From: an uncultured Steroidobacteraceae bacterium
Lineage (GTDB): Bacteria > Pseudomonadota > Gammaproteobacteria > Steroidobacterales > Steroidobacteraceae
Direction: 5' to 3'
Length of the DNA: 64,000 nucleotides
Assembly (NCBI GenBank): GCA_964626745.1
Contig: CAZVIF010000011.1
Location: 7,195 to 71,194 of the forward strand
The notes beneath the pieces were generated by a model, which was given only the letters and a program-made list of their open reading frames with translations, was not told the DNA's origin and searched no databases. Position 1 is the first letter of the stretch, and each line of letters starts with the position of its first letter. Below, piece by piece: positions 17,909-26,676 of the stretch. The position numbers and the translations under genes are program-made.

Positions 17909-19006
17909 ATGGCCGAGTACTCGGATGTCAGCGTCAACCTCCGCCCGGAACTGCTCAAGGCGGTGCATTTCATCTTCAGGGAGCAGTGCAACCTGCAGCC
18001 CGGCTGGCGGGTGCTGGTGATCTGCGACTCCCACACGCCGCAGCACGTTTCCACGGCATTCACGGGCGTCGCGATGCAGTTCGGGGCGGAAGTGGTGGAG
18101 CTACGCGTGCCGATGGCGCCCCACCCGGCGTACCAGCCGGGCTTCACCTGGGACCCGCTGGTTTCCAGCGCCGTGCTCGCCGCTGCCGAGCACGCGGACC
18201 TCGTGGTGGACATGGCGATCGGCTATGCCGACTTCATGGTCGAGATCGTGCGGCGCGGGCGCGCGCGGGTCATCGGCCCGGGCGACGGCACGGGCGCGCC
18301 GCACATGGACGACTCGCTGATCCGCTGCCTGCTGCTGGACGATCCGTTCCAGATCCGGCGCGAGGCGATCCTGGTGGCCGAGGCGATGACCCGCGGCAAG
18401 CTGCTGTGGGTTACGTCCCGGGAGGGCAGCGACTACACGGTGGACATCAGCGATCTCAAGGGCGACACCTTCGACGGCTTCCTGTGGGACCGGGACAGCG
18501 CGAAGTGGGTCTCCAGCTACCAGTTCACGCCCGGCGCCACGCCCGGCGTCGTGATCCCGAAAGGCCGCGGCGACGGCATGCTGGCGCTCGACGGCCTGCT
18601 GCTGTACGAGAACGTCCACCACGTCCCGAAGGAACCGGTGCTGCTCAAGATTCGGCGAGGCGTCATCACCGACATCAGCGGCGACGCCTACGTCTGCCAC
18701 CGGCTCTCCGACTGGCTCGAGAACCTCGACGACCCCGGATGCCGGAACGGCCCCATCCATGCCAACCTGGGCCTCAGCCGTCACGCGCGGCTGACCGAGC
18801 ACCTCGAGTGGGAGCGGATGCGCGGCGCCATGGTCTTCGGCATCGGCGACAACAGCCTGCTCGCGCCGTTCGTCGGCGCCGACTTCGAGACTTCGAAGTC
18901 GCGCGTGCACTGGGACGTGCAGGTGCTGCGCCCGACCGTCACCATCGACGGCCGCACGCTCGTCGAGAACGGCATCGTGAAACTCAAGCCAGGCAGTTCG
19001 CCTTGA
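17909..19006 (+). CDS. aminopeptidase-T (M29)-fold / NicX-like metalloenzyme, paralogue 2
   Basis: 365 aa from ATG 17909 with a CAGGAG SD. It is colinear with the 11569..12648 product (e.g. DLVVDMAIGYADFMV vs DLIIDMAVGYAQFVV). Candidate ligands are GPIHANLG and SRVHWDV. Confidence 0.75.
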   Translation: MAEYSDVSVNLRPELLKAVHFIFREQCNLQPGWRVLVICDSHTPQHVSTAFTGVAMQFGAEVVELRVPMAPHPAYQPGFTWDPLVSSAVLAAAEHADLVVDMAIGYADFMVEIVRRGRARVIGPGDGTGAPHMDDSLIRCLLLDDPFQIRREAILVAEAMTRGKLLWVTSREGSDYTVDISDLKGDTFDGFLWDRDSAKWVSSYQFTPGATPGVVIPKGRGDGMLALDGLLLYENVHHVPKEPVLLKIRRGVITDISGDAYVCHRLSDWLENLDDPGCRNGPIHANLGLSRHARLTEHLEWERMRGAMVFGIGDNSLLAPFVGADFETSKSRVHWDVQVLRPTVTIDGRTLVENGIVKLKPGSSP

Positions 19007-20159
19007 GGCGCTCGAATCCATCCTGGCGGCGCAGCCCGCGCATGAAAAGCGCCAGGAGAATCCAGACCACGACGAACCCGGCGACCGTCGCAAGGATCGC
19101 GGGCGTGAACCTGCCGTCCGCCACGAAGTAGGAGATCAGCAACGGGCCGGCGGAAAAGCCCGTGATGGTCGCGATGTTCGCCGCCGTCACGCCCATGCCG
19201 GAAGGCACGAGCAGCGCCAGGATCGTGACCATGTAGGGTGTCACGAACGGGATGCTTGCGTTGAAGACCGCCGCTGCGATGCCGAACTGCAGGTCGGATG
19301 GAGAGCCGAGGAAGGCCGCGGTCGCGATCGTGATGGCGGCCACGCCGATGTAGATCGGCTTCCGGTAGCCGATTCGATCGCCCAGCAACGAGGCGGCGAT
19401 CATGCCGATGATCGCGGCGGCCATCCCCGGTCCCAGGATCGCCCCCACACGCTCGGGAGTCATCCCCGAGGCCACGCCCATGCGCTCGATGTACGCCCAG
19501 ATTCCCGAGTTGAACGCGTAGTACAGCAGAAGCGCGAGCAGCATCAGCCCGGCCAGCGCGACGGGGACCGGCGTCGCGCCGGAAGCGGCCTGCTCCGGGT
19601 TCCTGCCTCCGCCCTCGACCGTCCGCGGGAACCACGGCAGCAGCACGATGGCGAACAGGTTGATCGCCGCCATGACGTAGAACGCACCGTCGATCCCGCC
19701 GGCCCGATAGACCAGCGGCAGGAGCGCCAGGCCGACGCCGCCGATCAGGAACGGTGATCCGTACAGCACGGCGTACGCCCGCTCGATGCGTTTCGTCGCG
19801 ATCACGGCCACGCAGGCGACCGTGAACCCGAGTCCCGCGCCCAGGCCGTTCAGGAGCCGCACGGCGACCAGCGCCGGGTAGCTGTCCGACACCGCGATGG
19901 ACGCGAGGCTGGTCGCGATCGCGAGCAGCAGGCAGCCGAGCATTGTCCACCTGAGATTCCAGCCCGGCCGGTGCAGCACGAAAAGCGCAACGAAGCTGGC
20001 GAGGGCGCCGCCCAGGAAGTTGAACGAAACCAGGCGTCCGGCGACCTCGACCGACATGCCCTGGTGGTCCACCATCGCGCCGAGCAGCGAGGGCGCCAGC
20101 GGCGTGAAGATATTGGCCGCCATGCCCAGCAGGACGATGGTCACGACCTGGATCGTCAC
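18984..20159 (-). CDS. MFS transporter
   Basis: 391 aa with about 12 TM helices and a typical MFS hydrophobic pattern. Its 3' end overlaps paralogue 2 by 23 nt (convergent). Confidence 0.85.
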   Translation of the reverse strand: MTIQVVTIVLLGMAANIFTPLAPSLLGAMVDHQGMSVEVAGRLVSFNFLGGALASFVALFVLHRPGWNLRWTMLGCLLLAIATSLASIAVSDSYPALVAVRLLNGLGAGLGFTVACVAVIATKRIERAYAVLYGSPFLIGGVGLALLPLVYRAGGIDGAFYVMAAINLFAIVLLPWFPRTVEGGGRNPEQAASGATPVPVALAGLMLLALLLYYAFNSGIWAYIERMGVASGMTPERVGAILGPGMAAAIIGMIAASLLGDRIGYRKPIYIGVAAITIATAAFLGSPSDLQFGIAAAVFNASIPFVTPYMVTILALLVPSGMGVTAANIATITGFSAGPLLISYFVADGRFTPAILATVAGFVVVWILLALFMRGLRRQDGFERLKANCLA

Positions 20160-20192
20160 GACTGCGGCTCCGCCGTCATCGAGCGTGCGTCG

Positions 20193-20480
20193 TCAGGGCT
20201 TCTGGTGTGACCCGAGGCGCGGCGCGGCAACCGGCCTGCGAAAGCTGATCACGAGGCCGAGCAGGCTGATGACGAGCCAGAAGAACTCCATGAGCACGGC
20301 CGACAGGTTGAAGTCATGGTATAGGGACACGAGGATCAATGCCGCCCCGATCGCGTTGACGAGGGAGTAGGCCCGGGTTTGACCCGTCGTACGTCCGAGC
20401 TGCAGCCAGAGGTAGGCCCCGATGATGCACAGGAAGCCCACGTTGCCGAGCAGGTCGTGCCACTGGTAGTCGAGGGACAT
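20193..20480 (-). CDS. small three-helix integral membrane protein
   Basis: 95 aa with three hydrophobic helices (VGFLCIIGAYLWLQL, LVNAIGAALILVSLY, FFWLVISLLGLVISF). It lies 33 nt downstream of the MFS gene. Confidence 0.6.
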   Translation of the reverse strand: MSLDYQWHDLLGNVGFLCIIGAYLWLQLGRTTGQTRAYSLVNAIGAALILVSLYHDFNLSAVLMEFFWLVISLLGLVISFRRPVAAPRLGSHQKP

Positions 20481-20587
20481 GCGCGGACTCTAGCGGACGC
20501 TTCCGGGCGGCAGGTTCAGAAAGACCGCAAGTCAGCTTCGCGATGCCGGTATTCCCGGCCGGCCCACTGCGCCTTAGCATCCGGAGC

Positions 20588-21529
20588 ATGCACAAGACCG
20601 CCGCGCTCCTGCTCTGCCTGCTGTCCACGCCGGTCGCACATGCCGGCCCGGCACCCGACGTCACCCTGACCTGGGTCGAAAAGTACCTGACCTACAGCCA
20701 GGACCACGAGGACCGGCTGACGCTGACCGATGCGCATTTCCTCGCCGAGGTCATCTTCGACAGCGACCGCGACTTCGACGCCATCCGCGCATCGCTGCGC
20801 AAGCAGGGATCCGGCGAGGTGCTCGCGACCTACGGCGGGAGCGACAAGCGCGCCTTCACCAACGGCTATTTCTATACCCGCAAGACCCGCTCCTTCGACT
20901 CCCTGGAAGCGATCGACGCACGGCACCCCGCCGACAGCACGTTCGTCTGGACCATCACCGGCCCGGCCGGGGAGTTCACGCTGGACCCGATCCGCATCGG
21001 CGGGCCCGAAGGCCGCACGCAGGTCCCGAAACCCAGCACGATCCGTCTCCACCAGGGCGGCGCCGCGGTGACGAACTACGACGCCATCGACCCGGCGGCG
21101 CCGCTCACGATCAGCTGGGACCCGTTCATCGGCGGCGGCCCGCTCGAGGGCTCCGAATGGAGCGACCTCGTGTTCGTGCTCGTATCCGACTGCCACGGCG
21201 AGGTCGCCTATACGGGCGGCGCGCCGGGCACGGACGAGGACTTCGTGGACTACCGGGACACGTCGGCCACGGTCCCGGCCGGCCGCCTGCGACCCGGCGA
21301 GCCGTATATCGTGTTCATCTCGCAGGTCAACTACGTCGACTTCAACGAGAGCCACGGCATCGGCCAGCTCGCCGCGAATTCCTTCGCGACGGAACTGACG
21401 GTCCGCACCGCCGGCACGGCCGCACCGGATGCCTGCGCCACCGACGTGAAGCCCGCCCAGTACCTGTGGACGCGCAAGACCCGCGGCGAGGCGATGGAGA
21501 GCTGGCCGACGCTGGCCGACTTCTGGTGA
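20588..21529 (+). CDS. secreted hypothetical protein
   Basis: ATG 20588 is followed by signal MHKTAALLLCLLSTPVAHA. The 313-aa product has coding-like codon usage and no domain I recognise. Confidence 0.65.
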   Translation: MHKTAALLLCLLSTPVAHAGPAPDVTLTWVEKYLTYSQDHEDRLTLTDAHFLAEVIFDSDRDFDAIRASLRKQGSGEVLATYGGSDKRAFTNGYFYTRKTRSFDSLEAIDARHPADSTFVWTITGPAGEFTLDPIRIGGPEGRTQVPKPSTIRLHQGGAAVTNYDAIDPAAPLTISWDPFIGGGPLEGSEWSDLVFVLVSDCHGEVAYTGGAPGTDEDFVDYRDTSATVPAGRLRPGEPYIVFISQVNYVDFNESHGIGQLAANSFATELTVRTAGTAAPDACATDVKPAQYLWTRKTRGEAMESWPTLADFW

Positions 21530-21536
21530 GCGGCGT

Positions 21537-21854
21537 TCAGCCGCCCGCGAGCATCTCGGTGACGATGAACCGGTAGTCGCCGAGCTTGTCGAGGTTGCGC
21601 TTGAGGTCCGCCTGGGCCTGGTCGTTGTGGAAGGCCTTCTCGAAGGTCTCGCGATCGGGCCACTCCACGGTCGACTGGAACCGGTAGCCGGCGGCGTCGC
21701 CGTTGGACCATTCGTCCACCACCCGGCCGAAGCTTGCCGCCGTGACGCCGGGCATCTTGCGGATGTACTCCGCATGCGCCGACAGCCGCCAGGCGACGTA
21801 GGCATCCTCGTCCGTGCCCGGGGCCAGGTTGTAGAGCACCGTCAATCGGATCAT
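21537..21854 (-). CDS. EthD domain protein (dimeric alpha/beta-barrel)
   Basis: 105 aa. MIRLTVLYNLAPGTDEDAYVAWRLSAHAEYIRKMPGV is typical of EthD family sequences. Confidence 0.7.
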   Translation of the reverse strand: MIRLTVLYNLAPGTDEDAYVAWRLSAHAEYIRKMPGVTAASFGRVVDEWSNGDAAGYRFQSTVEWPDRETFEKAFHNDQAQADLKRNLDKLGDYRFIVTEMLAGG

Positions 21855-21899
21855 CGGCGTCGCCTCGACTGTCGGGGCACTACCTTATACTGCGTGGCC

Positions 21900-23786
21900 A
21901 TGAAGCGCAGCGACCGCGACCTGGGCCTCGATCGCCCCATCACCCGGCGTGACTTCGTCCACGACCTCAGCCTCGCGGGTCTCGCGCTCGCGCTTCCGCT
22001 GCCTGGCATCGCGCGGGCCGACGGCAGCACGCCCTACTACCCGCCGACGCTCACCGGCCTGCGCGGCTCGCACGCGGGCGCGTTCGAGGTCGCGCACGCC
22101 CTCGCCCGCGAGGGCAAGCGCTTCGACGGTCCGCAGGCCATCGACGAGCGCTACGACCTCGTCGTGGTCGGCGGCGGCATCAGCGGGCTCGCCGCCGCGT
22201 ACTACTACCGCAAGCTGCACGGCCCGCAGTCGCGGATCCTGGTCCTCGACAACCACGACGACTTCGGCGGCCACGCCAAGCGCAACGAGTTCCACCAGGG
22301 CGGTTCGATGCGCCTCGCCTGGGGCGGGACCGTGAACATGGAGTACCCGAAGTTCAGCGACGTCGCGATGGGCCTCGTGCGCGAGCTCGGCATCGACATC
22401 CCGCGTCTGCGCGAGGACTACACCTTCAACTGGATGGGCGAGGGCGGCGACCTGCAGCCCGCCCTGCTGTTCAACCAGGGTCGCTACGGGCGCGACGTGC
22501 TGCTGCGCGGCGTGACCCTGGACGGGCTCGAGCCGGGCGAGCTCGCCGAGCACGTCGACGCCTTTCCGATCGACGCCGACGCGCGCGCCAGGCTCAAGGC
22601 ATTCCTGCTGTCGGATCGCAACGTGCTCGCCGGCAAGTCCGGCGAGGAACGCGCGGCGTGGCTGCACGGCACGCGCTACACGGATTTTCTGCGCGAGCAT
22701 TTCGGCCTGCCGGATGCCGCCATCCAGGTTTTCAGCAGCGCGCCGTCCGGTTTCTGGGGACTGCCGGCCGAGAGACTCTCGGTCATGGAGTGCCTGTGGT
22801 CCGGTCTGCCGGGTGCGCACGTCGTCGGCGGGCTCGAAGATCCCGGGCAAGCGGACAACGATCGCGCCACGGCGATGTTCCCGGACGGCAATAGCTCGAT
22901 CGCGCGCCTCCTCGTGCGCTCGCTGATCCCGGCGAGCTTCCCGGACATGGCGGCTGACGCGGACCCGCACGGCGTGGTGACCGCGCGGCTCGATTACGCC
23001 GCGCTCGACGCGCCGGCCTCGCCCGCGCGGCTGCGCCTGAACTCGACGGTCGTGCGCGTCGCGAACGGAGCCGGCGTTGACGTCGCTTACGTACAGGACG
23101 GTGCGCTCCGGCAGGTGCGGTCGAAGCAGGCCGTGCTCGCCTGCTACAACGCGATCATCCCCCACCTCGCGCCGGAGATTCCGGCGGAGCAGAAGGCGGC
23201 GCTCGCGAAGGCCGTGAAGCGGCCGATGCTGGTGGTGAACACGGTGCTGCGGAACGGCGAGGCGCTGAAGAAGCTCGGCATCAAGGGCGCGCAGCTGCCG
23301 GGCAGCTTCCTGAAGGACGTGTTCCTCGTCACGGGCATCAACGTCGGCGACTACCGCCCGAAGTGGCGGCCCGAGGACGCCTGCGTGATGCAGAGCTTCG
23401 CGAGTTTCAACGGCCCGATGCCGGCCGGCGCCAGCGTCGCGGACCAGACGCGCGCCGCGCGCGCGCAGATGCTCGCCATGCCGTTCGAGGACTACGAGCG
23501 CGAGGTGCGCGGCGTCCTCGCGAGCCTGCTCGGCTCGGGCGGCTTCGACGCGGCGCGCGACATCCTAGCCATCACCGTCAATCGCTGGCCGCACGGCTAT
23601 GCGCGCGACCACACCGATCTCGAGGACGCCGACTGGAATGCCGAGCCGCGGCCCGAAACCGTCGCGCGGCAGCGCTTCGGCAACGTCGCGATCGCGAACT
23701 CGGACGCCGCCGCCGACGCTTACACGCACGCGGCCATCGACCAGGCCTGGCGGGCGATCAACGACCTCCAGCGCGCGGGCGGCTGA
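21900..23786 (+). CDS. Tat-signal NAD(P)/FAD-dependent oxidoreductase, spermidine dehydrogenase-like
   Basis: ATG 21900 is followed by twin-arginine leader MKRSDRDLGLDRPITRRDFVHDLSLAGLALALPLPGIARA. The dinucleotide motif DLVVVGGGISGLAAAYY is present. It is a paralogue of the partial gene at 62587..64000. Confidence 0.8.
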   Translation: MKRSDRDLGLDRPITRRDFVHDLSLAGLALALPLPGIARADGSTPYYPPTLTGLRGSHAGAFEVAHALAREGKRFDGPQAIDERYDLVVVGGGISGLAAAYYYRKLHGPQSRILVLDNHDDFGGHAKRNEFHQGGSMRLAWGGTVNMEYPKFSDVAMGLVRELGIDIPRLREDYTFNWMGEGGDLQPALLFNQGRYGRDVLLRGVTLDGLEPGELAEHVDAFPIDADARARLKAFLLSDRNVLAGKSGEERAAWLHGTRYTDFLREHFGLPDAAIQVFSSAPSGFWGLPAERLSVMECLWSGLPGAHVVGGLEDPGQADNDRATAMFPDGNSSIARLLVRSLIPASFPDMAADADPHGVVTARLDYAALDAPASPARLRLNSTVVRVANGAGVDVAYVQDGALRQVRSKQAVLACYNAIIPHLAPEIPAEQKAALAKAVKRPMLVVNTVLRNGEALKKLGIKGAQLPGSFLKDVFLVTGINVGDYRPKWRPEDACVMQSFASFNGPMPAGASVADQTRAARAQMLAMPFEDYEREVRGVLASLLGSGGFDAARDILAITVNRWPHGYARDHTDLEDADWNAEPRPETVARQRFGNVAIANSDAAADAYTHAAIDQAWRAINDLQRAGG

Positions 23787-23788
23787 AG

Positions 23789-24610
23789 CTACTTCCCCAG
23801 CCACCCCGCATACAGCCCGGGCCGGCGGTGCTTCAGGAACAGCTGGCGCGCATGCGACGCGTCCGCCGCGGCCGGATCGACGTCGGCGTAGAGGATCTCC
23901 TCGGTGCCCTGCCCGGCGCGGGCAGTGACGCTGCCGTCCGGGGCGCAGACGAACGACTCGCCCGCGAAGTCCAGGCGATCCTCCCGGCCGACGCGGTTGC
24001 AGAGCGCGGTGTAGTAGCCGTTCTGGAACGCCGCGACGCGCATCTCGGCCTCGTACAGGCCCTCCGGCCATTCGCCGACCGCGCCGGCCTGCGGCACGAC
24101 GACGAGGTCCGCGCCTGCCACCGCGAGGGCGCGCATGTACTCGGGAAAGTGGCGGTCGTAACAGATGGCGACGCCGACGTTGCCGGCGCGCGTGCGATAT
24201 ACCGGCGCCCCCGTGTCGCCCGGCGTGTAGTAGCCCTGCTCGTGAAAGCAGGCGTACTCGGTGATGTGCACCATGCGCGTCACGCCGAGCAGCGCCCCGT
24301 CCGCGTCGATCACCGGCGAGGAATCGTAGGTCGCCTGCCCGTCGCGCTCGAACAGGTTCAGCACGACGACGATGCCGAGCGCACGCGCCCTTTCGCGAAA
24401 CGCGCTGACCAGCGGCCCGTCGAGCGGCTCGGCGAGGCTGCGTACGTCGCCGCTCGCCGGGTGCTGCGGATGAAACCACTCGAAGGCGAGCTCCGCATAA
24501 CAGGCGAGCTTCGCCCCGTGGCGGGCGGCGGTCTCGAGGTTCGCGAGGCCCCGGGCGATGTTCTCCCGCTTGTCGCGGCTCGCGCGCTGCTGGATGAGCG
24601 CGATCTTCAC
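23789..24610 (-). CDS. carbon-nitrogen hydrolase (nitrilase superfamily) protein, catalytic Lys position occupied by Met
   Basis: GTG 24610 overlaps the upstream stop (GTGA). The Glu (CYAELAF) and Cys (VAICYD) motifs are present. The RK-x-H motif reads TRMVH. Confidence 0.8.
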   Translation of the reverse strand: MKIALIQQRASRDKRENIARGLANLETAARHGAKLACYAELAFEWFHPQHPASGDVRSLAEPLDGPLVSAFRERARALGIVVVLNLFERDGQATYDSSPVIDADGALLGVTRMVHITEYACFHEQGYYTPGDTGAPVYRTRAGNVGVAICYDRHFPEYMRALAVAGADLVVVPQAGAVGEWPEGLYEAEMRVAAFQNGYYTALCNRVGREDRLDFAGESFVCAPDGSVTARAGQGTEEILYADVDPAAADASHARQLFLKHRRPGLYAGWLGK

Positions 24611-24987
24611 AGCGCGTCGACCAGGCGCTTCAGCTCGCCGTGGGCGCTCGCGAGCGCGCCGCTCGACTGCAGGAGCGGCCGATAGCGGCCGAGGAACGCC
24701 TCGTCGCGCGGTTCGCCGAGCCCGAAGACCAGGGCGCGCACGCGGTTCCCAGCCGCCGCGGTCGCGTTCGCCGTCAGTTCCTCGTCGCCGGCAAGCGACT
24801 CGTCGAGGTCGGCGATCAGCGTCGAGAGCGCGCGCAGCCAGGCCCATTCCGGATCCTTGATCAGCCGGTCGAGCAGTTCGAGCGCCGATCGTCCCGGCAG
24901 GTACGCGCCCTCCGCCTCCAGCACCTGCTTGTGCACGGCCTGCAGGGCGCGGCTGACCGCCTCGAGGTCCTGACGCAGCCGGCTCAA
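24607..24987 (-). CDS. hypothetical helical protein
   Basis: 126 aa with both ends overlapping neighbours (ATGA with msrB, GTGA with the CN hydrolase). No motif recognised. Confidence 0.55.
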   Translation of the reverse strand: MSRLRQDLEAVSRALQAVHKQVLEAEGAYLPGRSALELLDRLIKDPEWAWLRALSTLIADLDESLAGDEELTANATAAAGNRVRALVFGLGEPRDEAFLGRYRPLLQSSGALASAHGELKRLVDAL

Positions 24988-25430
24988 GGTTCGCGCACCT
25001 GGTCCAGGTACGCCCCGTAGCCTTCCTTTTCCATGTCGTCGCGGTGAATGAACCGCAGCGAGGCCGAGTTGATGCAGTAGCGCAGGCCGCCGCGATCGCG
25101 CGGGCCGTCGGTGAACACGTGACCCAGGTGGCTGTCGCCGTGCTCCGAGCGCACCTCGGTGCGGATCATGCCGTGGCTCGCGTCCGACAGCTCCTTGACG
25201 TTAGCCGGCTCGATCGGCCTGGTGAAGCTCGGCCAGCCCGAGCCGGAGTCGTACTTGTCGGTCGAAGCGAACAACGGCTCGCCCGACACGACGTCGACGT
25301 AGATGCCCGGTTCCTTGTTGTGCAGCAGCGCCCCGGTGCCCGGCATCTCGGTGCCGCACTGCTGGGTCACGCGGCGCTGCTCGGGCGTGAGCCGGGCGAT
25401 CGCCGCGGGGTCCCTGGCGAACTTGCGCAT
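24984..25430 (-). CDS. msrB: peptide-methionine (R)-S-oxide reductase
   Basis: 148 aa with the MsrB/SelR signatures GWPSF and RYCINS (catalytic Cys). Confidence 0.95.
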   Translation of the reverse strand: MRKFARDPAAIARLTPEQRRVTQQCGTEMPGTGALLHNKEPGIYVDVVSGEPLFASTDKYDSGSGWPSFTRPIEPANVKELSDASHGMIRTEVRSEHGDSHLGHVFTDGPRDRGGLRYCINSASLRFIHRDDMEKEGYGAYLDQVREP

Positions 25431-25581
25431 GGTCCTGGCCTCCCGCCGGATGGGCCGCGATTATTGCAGCTAGCAACAGGCGCTGTCATTTTCAGCTTGC
25501 TTTACAGCGTTTTGCATCGCTTTCCTCAAAGGTTCCGGAAATCGTAACCAGACCGTAACGCGACGCTGGCTCACTGCCGCC

Positions 25582-26598
25582 ATGAGAATCTCCCTGGTGA
25601 CCGATGCCTGGGAACCGCAGGTGAACGGCGTGGTGCGGACGCTGAAGTCCACGACGCGCGAGCTGCAGGCGATGGGCCACGCGGTCGAGACCGTCACGCC
25701 GCTCGACTTCCGCACGCTGCCCTGCCCGACCTACCCGGACATCCGGCTCTCGCTCCTGCCGGGCGCGAAAGTGCGAAGCCGCCTCGACGCCTTCGACCCG
25801 GACGCCATCCACATCGCGACCGAGGGTCCGCTCGGGCTGGCCGCGCGGCGCTACGCGCTGAGCCACGGGATTCCGTTCACCACCGCGTACCACACCCGCT
25901 TCCCCGAGTACGTGCACGCGCGCACCGGCCTGCCGCTGGCGTGGACGTACGCGTACCTGCGCTGGTTCCACGGCCCGTCGAAGGCCGTCATGGCGCCGAC
26001 GGTCGTCGTCCAGCGGGACCTCGAGGCCAACGGCTTCACCAACGTCGTGCTCTGGTCGCGCGGCGTCGACCTCGACATCTTCCAGCCGCGCCGGCACGAC
26101 CGGCTGAAGACCGCTCCGCCGATCTACCTGTACGTCGGCCGCGTGGCCGTCGAGAAGAACATCGAGGCCTTCCTCGAGCTCGACCTGCCAGGCTCCAAGT
26201 GGGTCGCGGGCACCGGTCCCGCGCTTGCCGCGATACGCGCGCGCTACCCGCAGGTCCACTTTCTCGGCGTCCTGAGCCAGCAGGAGCTCGCGGAGGTCTA
26301 CGCCTCGGCGGACGTCTTCGTCTTCCCCAGCAAGACCGACACCTTCGGGCTCGTGCTGCTGGAAGCGATGGCCTGCGGGCTGCCGGTCGCGGCCTACCCG
26401 GTCACCGGACCGCTGGACGTGATCGGCGATTCACCGGCCGGCGTCATGCGCGAGGACCTGCGCGCGGCCTGCCTCGCCGCACTCGAGCTGAAGCGCGAGG
26501 ACGCCGCGGCGCACGCGCGGAAGTTCTCCTGGCGCGCGGCGACCGAGCAGTTCCTGAGCCACCTGCACCCGCGCGACGGTCTCCCCGTGCCCCGATAG
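25582..26598 (+). CDS. glycosyltransferase family 4 (GT-B fold)
   Basis: 338 aa. MRISLVTDAWEPQVNGVVRT at the N-terminus. The C-terminal motif is FVFPSKTDTFGLVLLEAMACGLPV. Confidence 0.85.
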   Translation: MRISLVTDAWEPQVNGVVRTLKSTTRELQAMGHAVETVTPLDFRTLPCPTYPDIRLSLLPGAKVRSRLDAFDPDAIHIATEGPLGLAARRYALSHGIPFTTAYHTRFPEYVHARTGLPLAWTYAYLRWFHGPSKAVMAPTVVVQRDLEANGFTNVVLWSRGVDLDIFQPRRHDRLKTAPPIYLYVGRVAVEKNIEAFLELDLPGSKWVAGTGPALAAIRARYPQVHFLGVLSQQELAEVYASADVFVFPSKTDTFGLVLLEAMACGLPVAAYPVTGPLDVIGDSPAGVMREDLRAACLAALELKREDAAAHARKFSWRAATEQFLSHLHPRDGLPVPR

Positions 26599-26676
26599 AC
26601 ACGAATCCCCTGCCCGCGCCGCCGCGTCTGCTCCTTCGCCCCCTACCATCGGTGACAGCCGAAGGGAGTGGGTGCG

